Below, one piece after another: positions 1 to 9,947 of a stretch of DNA of 16,950 nt. The first letter of the stretch is position 1. Each line of letters opens with the position of its first letter. A program made the translations under genes and the position numbers. Under the pieces are notes generated by a model. That model saw only the letters and a program-made list of their open reading frames with translations, did no database searches and was not told the origin of the DNA. This DNA is from a bacterium (lineage in GTDB: Bacteria > Babelota > Babeliae > Babelales > JABCYS01). The stretch spans positions 16,961 to 33,910 of the forward strand of contig DAIDHG010000003.1 in the NCBI GenBank assembly GCA_027452085.1, read 5' to 3'.

Positions 1-123
1 GGTGCAACGTCTGGGCCACTGGGCGCTGTTGGCGGTGCCATTATGGGCGCTACTGCTGCCATATCATTGACGCAAACGGAAAATGCTGATGAGGATGAGC
101 GACTGTACCGCAAAAGATCTTAA
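1..123 (+). CDS. 3' end of a CDS entering the window; glycine-zipper-like hydrophobic segment followed by a charged tail
   Basis: Frame +1 is open from base 1: GATSGPLGAVGGAIMGATAAISLTQTENADEDERLYRKRS*, with TAA at 121-123 overlapping the convergent stop of the next gene (TTAA, 120-123). Confidence 0.6.
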   Translation, partial: GATSGPLGAVGGAIMGATAAISLTQTENADEDERLYRKRS

Positions 124-656
124 GCCGTGCACCATGCTTTAAGAATCTCCATCATACGCTTGCGATCGATAATAATAATGTATGGTGGCGAGTCATCAGA
201 AAGTTTGCACACGTATTCTTCAAATAACTTGCGCAACAATAGAGAGCCAACCAGTTCGTGCGGATTATTTTTTATCTCTCGCATTTGATCATGCAACACC
301 ACCAATGCATACCAATCACGAAGCTCATGCGTGGGCAAAATAAATGACCAATCGCCAAACTGTCCCTGCTTGGCCAATGAATCAATTTCAGAAAGCGCTC
401 GATACAAAGCACTACATACTGCTTTAAATGTCTTTGCCTGTATATCCTCACTGAGCCCACGAGATGCATTAAGCTCTTCGCTTACCAAAGACGCATGCAA
501 TTCAAGAATTGCTGTAGGCAAGGTGGCTTGGTAATCATGGATACGCAACCACACCAACTGTTCGGGAGGATATATCGAGGTATCAACCGATGATTGGGCT
601 TTTTTTGCAAGCAGCACAATTAATAGAGCCAAAAATAAAAAAATACGTTTTCCCAT
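120..656 (-). CDS. Hypothetical secreted protein, 178 aa
   Basis: N-terminus MGKRIFLFLALLIVLLAKKAQS resembles a Sec signal peptide; strong RBS (AAGGAG) just upstream on the minus strand; no recognisable domain. Confidence 0.8.
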   Translation of the reverse strand: MGKRIFLFLALLIVLLAKKAQSSVDTSIYPPEQLVWLRIHDYQATLPTAILELHASLVSEELNASRGLSEDIQAKTFKAVCSALYRALSEIDSLAKQGQFGDWSFILPTHELRDWYALVVLHDQMREIKNNPHELVGSLLLRKLFEEYVCKLSDDSPPYIIIIDRKRMMEILKAWCTA

Positions 657-736
657 ATGCTCTCCTTTTAAACGGTATATTTTTTTGTGGGCATCATTAA
701 AATATGCGCGTCTAAAAATTCTGCAACATTGTAATT

Positions 737-3070
737 ATGACGCAACAATCATTTACCACATTTTTTGATTCACAACTGAATTCTGCACAACAGCAGGCAG
801 TGAAGCATGCTGTTGGGCCGCTTTTGGTTATTGCTGGTGCCGGATCTGGCAAAACACGCGTGATCACGGCGCGCATCGTGCACCTGATCAGCCAACAAGG
901 CGTGTTGCCCACGGCGATTGTTGCACTCACGTTTACCAATAAAGCCGCTCAAGAGATGCGAGCGCGCATCACTAAATTTTTAGCAAACACACCGGTGCTC
1001 CCATTCATCGGCACCTTCCACTCCTACTGTTTGCAACTTCTTAAAATGAATGCTCAGTTTTTGCCATTTTCGCCGTTTACCATCATGGATGCCGATGATC
1101 AGCTCAAACTCATTGGCAGCATTGTTAATCGCATGCACATGGGTAAAAAGGTATCGGCAAAGCAGGTTGCCTACCATATCTCCAATTTGAAAAACAATGC
1201 CCTTGAGAAACACGCCGATCCATTAGTTCGCAAAGTTTTCGAACAATACGAAGCCGAGAAAAAAGCGAGCCACTGTTTTGATTTTGATGATCTCCTGCTT
1301 GAAACATTGCGCATCTTTAAAAAGCATCCAGAATTTAAGGCGCAGTTTCAGGAGCGTGTGCGCCATATTTTGGTTGATGAATACCAGGATACGAATATCA
1401 CGCAGCACGAGCTGCTCAAAGAGATGGCGCTGCATAAAAAGAAATTTGCCATTGATTCACTCTGCGCCGTTGGCGACGAAGACCAATCGATTTACTCCTG
1501 GCGTGGTGCCACGGTTGAGAATATGCTCAACTTCAAAAAAGATTTCACGCCGACCACCACGGTAACGATTGATCAAAATTATCGTTCCGTGCAGCCAATC
1601 TTGGACAGCGCAAATCATGTGATCAAAAACAACTACAAGCGCAACCCCAAGAACTTATGGTCTACCAAAAAAGGAACCGATCGCATTCGCTTGCTCACTG
1701 CAATGTCTGGCTTTCAAGAAGCGGAGATTGTTGCTCATGCATTGCGCACATTGCAGGCAAATAAGATTCCGTTAACGCAAGTTGCAATCCTGTATCGCGC
1801 TCATTATCAATCGCGTCTATTGGAAGAAGCGCTTATTAAAAATTCTATTGCCTATAAGATTATTGGTGGCATCCAATTCTATGAACGCGCCGAAGTAAAA
1901 GATTTGCTTGCGTATCTCAAATTGCTCACCAACCCGTTTGATCGGGTTTCATTCTTTCGAGTGGTCAACACGCCGGCACGTGGTTTGGGCGAGAAATTTG
2001 AAGAGCAGGTATATGATAAATGGTCACGAGCAACAGCATCGATTGAAGACAACGTAGAACTCTTTGATGCAGACCCATTCAACGATAGGCCACTTCCTTT
2101 TCATGAAATTTGCAAACAGATGCTCGCCGGCTCAGAGCTGACCAAAACGAAAAAGGCGGGGCTTGCATCCTTCTTGGCTGTGTTTGATGGGCTCACGCAC
2201 CAAAGTGCACCATTGGCTACCTTAGAACATATTATTAAGACCACACACTATGCGGAATATATTAAAAACAATCACGACGCTGAAGAAGCTCAGACGAAGC
2301 TGGAAAATATTAAAGAGTTACTTTCGGCTGTTGGTCATTTCCAAACGCAAGGATTAACCACCATTGAAGCATTTCTCAATGAAGTGACATTGATGCAAGA
2401 AAAAACCAATGCCAAAGATGACAAACATGAGCGCGTGCAACTCATGACCTTACATGCGGCTAAAGGCTTGGAATTCAATACCGTTATTATTACCTCCTTA
2501 GAGGAAGGCATTCTGCCAAGCGGCCATTCGATTGGCGGCGATGGAGATATTGAAGAAGAGCGTAGGCTCATGTATGTGGGCATCACTCGCGCAGAAGAAC
2601 GGCTCTTGCTCACCAACGCACGATTCCGCTCAATGTACGGCCAACTGGATATGAAACGGCCATCCCGTTTTGTAGAAGAAATCCCGCAAAATTTTATACG
2701 CGCAGATGATTGCTCAAATTGGCACGCACCTCAATTTGCACGCTATTTTAGCCAGTGGCTTGGCGGTGTAGCACCAACTCAACAGGAATCAACCGTGTAT
2801 GTGCCTGCCTACACGGCTAAAACAACAACTCAGGTAGCAGCGCCCACCGTCGTCAACCGCGCCGCAAAACGAGCGCACGACCCTGAGCAAGAAAATGCTA
2901 CAACCAGTTCCCCTGGGGCTTGGAAGAAAAACCAACCGGTCAAGCATGCCACATTTGGCATTGGCATCATTCAAATGATCGAAAAAAAATCGCCCACGCT
3001 CATTCATATCACGGCGCAGTTTAAAGTTGGCGTTAAAAAAATTGATGCAAAATTCTTACAGCCGGTGTAA
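737..3070 (+). CDS. pcrA: ATP-dependent DNA helicase, UvrD/PcrA family (SF1A)
   Basis: Motifs LNSAQQQAV, AGAGSGKT, LTFTNKAA, GTFHS, DEYQD, VGDEDQSIYSWRGA, QNYRS, LMTLHAAKGLEF, EEERRLMYVGITRA; C-terminal Tudor-like VKHATFGIG after a low-complexity linker. Confidence 0.96.
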   Translation: MTQQSFTTFFDSQLNSAQQQAVKHAVGPLLVIAGAGSGKTRVITARIVHLISQQGVLPTAIVALTFTNKAAQEMRARITKFLANTPVLPFIGTFHSYCLQLLKMNAQFLPFSPFTIMDADDQLKLIGSIVNRMHMGKKVSAKQVAYHISNLKNNALEKHADPLVRKVFEQYEAEKKASHCFDFDDLLLETLRIFKKHPEFKAQFQERVRHILVDEYQDTNITQHELLKEMALHKKKFAIDSLCAVGDEDQSIYSWRGATVENMLNFKKDFTPTTTVTIDQNYRSVQPILDSANHVIKNNYKRNPKNLWSTKKGTDRIRLLTAMSGFQEAEIVAHALRTLQANKIPLTQVAILYRAHYQSRLLEEALIKNSIAYKIIGGIQFYERAEVKDLLAYLKLLTNPFDRVSFFRVVNTPARGLGEKFEEQVYDKWSRATASIEDNVELFDADPFNDRPLPFHEICKQMLAGSELTKTKKAGLASFLAVFDGLTHQSAPLATLEHIIKTTHYAEYIKNNHDAEEAQTKLENIKELLSAVGHFQTQGLTTIEAFLNEVTLMQEKTNAKDDKHERVQLMTLHAAKGLEFNTVIITSLEEGILPSGHSIGGDGDIEEERRLMYVGITRAEERLLLTNARFRSMYGQLDMKRPSRFVEEIPQNFIRADDCSNWHAPQFARYFSQWLGGVAPTQQESTVYVPAYTAKTTTQVAAPTVVNRAAKRAHDPEQENATTSSPGAWKKNQPVKHATFGIGIIQMIEKKSPTLIHITAQFKVGVKKIDAKFLQPV

Positions 3071-3074
3071 TGCC

Positions 3075-3119
3075 CGCGTTCATCGAAGACGGCCAGAGAT
3101 CTTCTGGCCGTCTAACGCG
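3075..3119. terminator. GC-rich hairpin between convergent genes (bidirectional terminator or REP-like element)
   Basis: Perfect 11-bp inverted repeat AGACGGCCAGA (3087-3097) / TCTGGCCGTCT (3103-3113) with a 5-nt loop, extended by CGCGTT (3075-3080) / AACGCG (3114-3119); no clear poly-U on either side. Confidence 0.6.
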
Positions 3120-3127
3120 CTCTGTAT

Positions 3128-3721
3128 TTACACCATCTCTTCGGGTGGCAACGTAATTTTTTTTCGTGCTTGCAGGCCGGACAATGAAATTTTGGCCGCC
3201 AGCGGTTTATCTTGGTATCTAAATCCTTTTGGCGAATCGATCATTGCCTGTATATCAGCCGATTCATCGATTTTTATATCGATACCCACCTTTTTGCCAT
3301 TACTTAATTTAAAACCTATTGGCGGCACAATGAAATAGCCTTTTTTGGTGCGCACTATAAGAAACGGTTTGCCAAAGACCTTAGGATTTTCCCGCACATA
3401 TGGCCCCTGCCATTTCTCAGGCATCATGAGTTGCATAGAGCCAACTTCATCGCCGACAAATTTCTCAACGTTTAAAAAATCGACGTAATTTTTTTGATGC
3501 TCAAAATTGGCAATTGAGCAGTCAGCATCTATCGATTTGAAAACATCTGAAAGCATCTGAATATCATGAGCTATCACCTCGTCGGCAAAGGTGCGCGATT
3601 CGCGCAGCAAGCCAACTATTGCGATAATGAAAAGGCTCAGAAAAAGCAATACTATGAATATGGGGAATGCGTTATGCCGTATAAAGCGAATAGGCTTACC
3701 AATAAGCGGTCTGTGCTCCAT
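3128..3721 (-). CDS. GspG-like (T2SS major pseudopilin / type IV pilin-like) membrane protein, 197 aa
   Basis: Basic leader, then an N-terminal hydrophobic helix (NAFPIFIVLLFLSLFIIAIVGLL); KWQGPYVRENPKVFGKPF matches the GspG W-x-GPY...P-x-D-PWG-x-PY signature; RBS GGAG/AGGT upstream. Confidence 0.65.
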   Translation of the reverse strand: MEHRPLIGKPIRFIRHNAFPIFIVLLFLSLFIIAIVGLLRESRTFADEVIAHDIQMLSDVFKSIDADCSIANFEHQKNYVDFLNVEKFVGDEVGSMQLMMPEKWQGPYVRENPKVFGKPFLIVRTKKGYFIVPPIGFKLSNGKKVGIDIKIDESADIQAMIDSPKGFRYQDKPLAAKISLSGLQARKKITLPPEEMV

Positions 3722-3735
3722 GCACCTTTCTCCTT

Positions 3736-4719
3736 TTAATTGAGATTACCCTGCGAGCGAATATGCGATTGTGCTTGATTGCCCACTGTTTTTTCAAACA
3801 GTTGTTGCCAGGTAGGAAACCACCGCTTGGATGCAAGCTCAAGAAATACAATACGACCGGGCACTTTAATCTTACGATCTAAAAAGATCTGCTGCATTGC
3901 CACTTTTACGTGTGCCAGCGATCCTAGCAGATCAACTAAGCCTATCGTCGATGCATAGTTTGCGGTAAAAATTTGCCCATTCGCCCAAATATCTGTTGTA
4001 GTTATATCGAGTTTTCGCGCTTGTGCAATATCTTGGCACATTGTCTGATAGATATCATCAATAAAATTTTGCTGCATAAGCCGCTCATGATCATTCATGG
4101 GGCGCATTGGCAGATCAGCCATTTTATAGTCACCAGCCTGCAAAGCATCAGACTGCCAATTTCCTTGCATAATGCCGGCACCTTCGATCATAGAATATTG
4201 CGGCTCATCCAAGTAGGCATGCGGGTAGAGCACACCAATACCACCCATCTGTGCACAGGGGCTGGCCACGATAAGATCACACGCACTGGCAATATAATAA
4301 CCTGCTGCACAGCAACAATTTTCAATAAAGGCCACAATTGGTTTCTTTTTTTTCTGCAGCATTATTTCGCGATGTAAGGCAGCAGCGGTACCAAAGCTAC
4401 CTTTTGCAACATCAATGGTCAGTAGGATGCCATAAAACTGACTACTATTGGCAAAGTATTCGATTTCTTCCAAGATATTTGCCACCGTACAACGTCCTTC
4501 ATTAATATGCACATGCCCAACAACTGTATGCCATAGAAATAAGCGCTCGGCCCGAGCACGAAGCCATAGCATAGTACCGGCGGTAAATATGGCCCCAGTT
4601 GCCATACCAATAGTAAATGGGTTCATCAGACTATAAGCTAACGGCACAGCTGGGTTTTGCTGCGCCTTTAAAGGAAGAGATGCGAGTAATAGCCCGCTTA
4701 ATAATAATATATGCTTCAT
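3736..4719 (-). CDS. sppA: S49 family (SppA-like signal peptide peptidase) homologue, probably catalytically inactive
   Basis: KKPIVAFIE...AAGYYIASACDLIVASP...GGIGV, GDYK, WANGQIFTA...GLVDLLG match S49. Start reassigned to ATG 4719 (MKHILL) because AAGGAG lies directly upstream. Signal peptide plus TM segment at the N-terminus. Confidence 0.85.
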   Translation of the reverse strand: MKHILLLSGLLLASLPLKAQQNPAVPLAYSLMNPFTIGMATGAIFTAGTMLWLRARAERLFLWHTVVGHVHINEGRCTVANILEEIEYFANSSQFYGILLTIDVAKGSFGTAAALHREIMLQKKKKPIVAFIENCCCAAGYYIASACDLIVASPCAQMGGIGVLYPHAYLDEPQYSMIEGAGIMQGNWQSDALQAGDYKMADLPMRPMNDHERLMQQNFIDDIYQTMCQDIAQARKLDITTTDIWANGQIFTANYASTIGLVDLLGSLAHVKVAMQQIFLDRKIKVPGRIVFLELASKRWFPTWQQLFEKTVGNQAQSHIRSQGNLN

Positions 4720-4804
4720 AATAGCTCCTTTTTTCATTCCATGTAACCATACCAATCTATTGCGCACGCGAGCAAGTTTTCATCCTACTCTTGGCCAGAA
4801 CCCT

Positions 4805-4833
4805 TTTATTTACCTACCAGAGGCTGTTACACT
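4805..4833 (+). promoter_or_regulatory. Putative sigma70 extended -10 promoter for the SUV3-like gene
   Basis: TG-n-TACACT at 4825-4833, about 20 nt upstream of ATG 4855; weak -35 TTTATT 17 nt upstream. Confidence 0.35.
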
Positions 4834-4854
4834 ATCATTACAAGGTATAACTAT

Positions 4855-6621
4855 ATGAGTCGACCACCAAAACGCACATTTCATAAAAGGCCACACCGGC
4901 GATCCGATCAACCATTAAGCGATAAAAGCTTTAAGCAAAGGGTTGCCGCAGCTGCGCGTGCATTGCGTGAGCTGGCAGGCGAAACACCCCGACGCGGCGG
5001 TTTTGCGTCGGCAGCAGGCCCCTCATTGCCACAAGTTAATATTAAGAAGCAAGTGCAGTCGAAAATCCAAGAGGCCTTGGATTTGCAGAGTTATAAAGAT
5101 CTTTTTCCTTTGGCACGCGGCATCAAGCGCACCCATACTTTATTAGTTGGCCCCACCAATAGCGGCAAAACCTATCAAGCATTGAATCTATTGACCGGCT
5201 ACAACTCGGGAGCCTATCTCTCGCCATTGCGATTACTGGCGCTTGAAGTACAGGAAGATATTGAAAAACGTGGCAAAGTGTGCTCATTGTTGACCGGAGA
5301 AGAACAGGATATTCGCGAAAATGCGACCTTTGTCTCATCCACCATTGAACTGCTTGCCACCGATACAGAAGTTGATGCGGTATTAGTAGACGAGGCCCAA
5401 TTATTAAGTGATCCAAAACGCGGCTGGGCATGGACTCAGGCCATTGTAGGCGCGCCGGCACGCCATGTTATTATGACCGGATCACCAGAATGCATACCAT
5501 TAATTCGCTATTTAGTTGAAAATTATTTAGGCGAAGAGCTCGAAGTCATTGAAAAGCAGCGGATGAGTGCGTTAAGTTGCCTGAAAGACGCCACCCTCTT
5601 TCTTGAAGCGTTAGAGCCTGGCACTGCCATCATCGCCTTCTCGCGCAAAAAGGTTTTGGCCATCAAGCAATATATTGAACGAAGAGGCAGAAAAGTAAGT
5701 GTGCTCTATGGCAACTTGAGCCCTTCGGCTCGTCGCGAAGAAGCGCGCAGATTTAGAGAAGGTGAGGCAGATCTTTTGGTGGCGACTGATTGTATTGGCA
5801 TGGGCCTTAATCTACCTATTAAAACAGTTATTTTTTCCACCGTATCAAAATTTGATGGCACCTCACAGCGCTATCTGACGCCGCAAGAAGTTAAGCAAAT
5901 TGCTGGCCGCGCTGGCCGTTTTGGAAAATTTGATGGTGGAACCGTAGGCGCCTTTATGAAGCAGGATCTTAAATTCGTCAACGAGTTTCTGCATGCTGCG
6001 CCCACGCCTCCAGAACAGGCGATATTTTACATTGCGCCAACGTTTGAACAGCTGGCCATGATTCGTGAGCATGTGGGGCGACCGATTAATTTATTTGAAG
6101 CCATCTCCATCTTCAGCAAACTGCAATCAGAAGATTTTACGAGCTTTGATTTAAATGAGGCAATGGAGCTTGCTTTACGCATCGAGGATGACAAACTGCT
6201 TTCTCAACTGCCACAGCATGAAAAATTTTCGTTCATTTTTGCGCCCGTCTCAAGCTCAGCCTTAATGGATTATTATTTGGATCATCTGCGCAACTTTACC
6301 AATAAACAGGTAACGCAGTTGGCAGAAAAAGGCATCAAGCCGCTGCTTGATCAAAAATTTACGACCACGGATGAAGAGCTTCACCAAGCTGAAATGTTTG
6401 TGAAAAAGCTGACCATTTACCGTTGGTTGGCCCGCAAACATCCAAAAATGTTCCCAGACCTTATTGCAGCTGAAGAGCTGTCTGATCAACTCAATACCTT
6501 TATCGAAGTTTCATTAAAGCAAAAGAATTTTTCAAAGCGCTGCATGCGCTGCAAACGAGAGCTCAGCTTTATGTGGCCGCATCGTTTATGTGATGAATGC
6601 TTCTTTAGCGGCCGCAGGTAA
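4855..6621 (+). CDS. SUV3-like ATP-dependent RNA helicase (SF2) with a C-terminal CxxC...CxxC zinc motif
   Basis: SUV3-type motifs GPTNSGKTY, PLRLLA, LLTGEE, DEAQ...RGWAWTQA, AFSRK, LYGNL, VATDCIGMGLNL, QIAGRAGR; C-terminus RCMRC...LCDEC. Confidence 0.92.
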   Translation: MSRPPKRTFHKRPHRRSDQPLSDKSFKQRVAAAARALRELAGETPRRGGFASAAGPSLPQVNIKKQVQSKIQEALDLQSYKDLFPLARGIKRTHTLLVGPTNSGKTYQALNLLTGYNSGAYLSPLRLLALEVQEDIEKRGKVCSLLTGEEQDIRENATFVSSTIELLATDTEVDAVLVDEAQLLSDPKRGWAWTQAIVGAPARHVIMTGSPECIPLIRYLVENYLGEELEVIEKQRMSALSCLKDATLFLEALEPGTAIIAFSRKKVLAIKQYIERRGRKVSVLYGNLSPSARREEARRFREGEADLLVATDCIGMGLNLPIKTVIFSTVSKFDGTSQRYLTPQEVKQIAGRAGRFGKFDGGTVGAFMKQDLKFVNEFLHAAPTPPEQAIFYIAPTFEQLAMIREHVGRPINLFEAISIFSKLQSEDFTSFDLNEAMELALRIEDDKLLSQLPQHEKFSFIFAPVSSSALMDYYLDHLRNFTNKQVTQLAEKGIKPLLDQKFTTTDEELHQAEMFVKKLTIYRWLARKHPKMFPDLIAAEELSDQLNTFIEVSLKQKNFSKRCMRCKRELSFMWPHRLCDECFFSGRR

Positions 6622-6676
6622 GATTTAATGAGTTTTACTCAACTTGTTTATTCGAAATATGCATGCAAACCAAACC

Positions 6677-6709
6677 CCGTTCGTCCTGAGCTTGTCGAAG
6701 GATGGACGG
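6677..6709. repeat. REP-like palindromic element between convergent SUV3-like gene and trpS
   Basis: CCGTTCGTCCT-GAGCTTGTCGA-AGGATGGACGG forms an 11-bp stem with G-U pairs; the CCTGAGCTTGTCGAAGG core resembles a dispersed intergenic repeat I recognise from many bacteria. Confidence 0.6.
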
Positions 6710-6728
6710 TAGATGAATGACGCTCTCA

Positions 6729-8464
<1,736 letters not shown>

Positions 8465-8661
8465 TGTATAGAGCAAGTCACATAGCATGTAGAAACCTAA
8501 CATTGGTTTTGTTTTATCACAAGCTAAGTCACAACCAGTATATTTACGCTACAACATCTGCATTACATCAACAAAATTAACACTTATTGCTGCAAACCAT
8601 TGCATATATACAGGTATTCGTTTTACGTTGTTGTGTGTTTCTTTGAGTGGGAGTAAAAAAC

Positions 8662-9489
8662 ATGTTTCAAAATTTTCAAAATATGCTCACCTGCTGGTAT
8701 CTATTTGGCTGGCGCATGGCTGTTGAAGTTATATTTTTTGCAGCACTATTTTATTACACGGTAAGTTGGCTGAGCGCAGATAAGCGCAAGAATCTGGTGT
8801 TGTGGTTTTATGGTTATTGTGCGGCGGCATTTGGCGCGCATATCTTACATCTGCCGACCATGGCTCAATTTTTATTCTTATTTGCACCGGCGGCAATCAT
8901 GATCTTTGTGCTGTTTCACCAAGACACGTTGCAGCGCAATTTCATTGTGGCAAAAAATATTACACCAGCACGTCCAACCAATGATTGGCTTGGTGATTTG
9001 ATGGGCGTATTCTTGAGCACCGTTTCAAAAAACAAACCAGTCATCTGTGTTATCGAAAAAACCGATGCTTTATGCACCCTGCTCGCCTCACCGCTTACCT
9101 TTAATACACCAATTCAAAAAAACTTATTAGAGATTTTACTCAACAGCACTGCCTTTGAGTCGCAAAAGATGATCTGGATTAACCACCACGGCCAATTAAT
9201 GGCCTTGAATGCAAGCTGGCACCAACTTGACGATGAATGGTTTAAGAGCGAAATGGGCGACACCCAGGCCTGGAAACAAGATGCCATATTGCTCACCAAT
9301 AAAACTGACGCGCTGGTCTTTAAGATTTCACCGAATCGTATGGTTGATCTGGTGGCACAGCATAAGATGATTGAGCAGGTCTCTATTAATGAAGCATTGC
9401 TCGTGATTAAACAGTATTTGTATGGCAAAGAAAAAAATGAACCGATAGCGGCTGCAAGGAGAGATCATGAACATCAGAAATCTATTTGA
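8662..9489 (+). CDS. cdaA: CdaA/DacA-like membrane diadenylate cyclase homologue with degenerate active site
   Basis: Three N-terminal TM helices ending IFVLFHQDTLQR (canonical IFQPELRR); DAC-like segments VICVIEK, LLEILL, TDALVFKIS; position upstream of ybbR-like and glmM genes. ATG 8662 is preceded by GGGAG. DGA and RHR are absent. Confidence 0.8.
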   Translation: MFQNFQNMLTCWYLFGWRMAVEVIFFAALFYYTVSWLSADKRKNLVLWFYGYCAAAFGAHILHLPTMAQFLFLFAPAAIMIFVLFHQDTLQRNFIVAKNITPARPTNDWLGDLMGVFLSTVSKNKPVICVIEKTDALCTLLASPLTFNTPIQKNLLEILLNSTAFESQKMIWINHHGQLMALNASWHQLDDEWFKSEMGDTQAWKQDAILLTNKTDALVFKISPNRMVDLVAQHKMIEQVSINEALLVIKQYLYGKEKNEPIAAARRDHEHQKSI

Positions 9490-9877
9490 GCAGAAAATCC
9501 TGCTTAAATTCTTTTCCCTTGCCTTCGGCCTCCTTTTTTGGGCAACCTGGGGGGGTAACCAGCCTACTACCATAACCTACCCGGTACCGGTCTGTGCCTA
9601 TGGCAACCAGGCCGATAAGCTCGCCGATTTCCCTGACACCCTGTCCATTACCCTGGCTGGATCACGCAATGAGCTCTATCAGATCGACTTTTCCAAGCTT
9701 GCCTGGCATATAGATACCGAGGGTTTGGCCCAAGGCCCGAACCATATCGAGCCAACCACCCAAGCTCTCTTTTTACCTTCAACGATCAAGGTGCTACACT
9801 GGTCTCCCGCTCCGCTCGTTATTTCGATGCTTGACCCGATAATAGGGCAGGCGGAGCAACAAGAAAAGCTCACATAA
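9467..9877 (+). CDS. cdaR: CdaR/YbbR-like protein (one TM plus a single YbbR domain)
   Basis: LKFFSLAFGLLFW TM anchor, then PV...P.TLSITLAG...IDTEGL..G...LP...WSP, typical of YbbR; RBS AAGGAG; 23-nt overlap with cdaA. Confidence 0.8.
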   Translation: MNIRNLFEQKILLKFFSLAFGLLFWATWGGNQPTTITYPVPVCAYGNQADKLADFPDTLSITLAGSRNELYQIDFSKLAWHIDTEGLAQGPNHIEPTTQALFLPSTIKVLHWSPAPLVISMLDPIIGQAEQQEKLT

Positions 9878-9947
9878 AACTCAGGCAATGGCTCATTACT
9901 GTTTGCCTTGAGCATTTAGCAACATGCATTAAAGGCTGTACACGGCA

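Noticed and set aside
4720..4767. Longer 343-aa start for the SppA-like gene
   Set aside because: The AAGGAG RBS and signal peptide support ATG 4719; the extension covers the RBS itself.
4989..5011. 7-bp GC hairpin CCGACGC/GCGTCGG inside the SUV3 N-terminal coding region
   Set aside because: Short, single copy and plausibly chance; no evidence for an inserted palindromic element.
8647..8661. GTG start for the cdaA-like gene
   Set aside because: The GGGAG RBS overlaps this GTG and is correctly spaced for ATG 8662.
9880..9912. Imperfect hairpin CTCAGGCAA...TTGCCTTGAG between cdaR and glmM, considered as a riboswitch or attenuator
   Set aside because: The intergenic region is only 70 nt, too short for ydaO or glmS RNAs; the stem is weak with a large loop and no U-tract.
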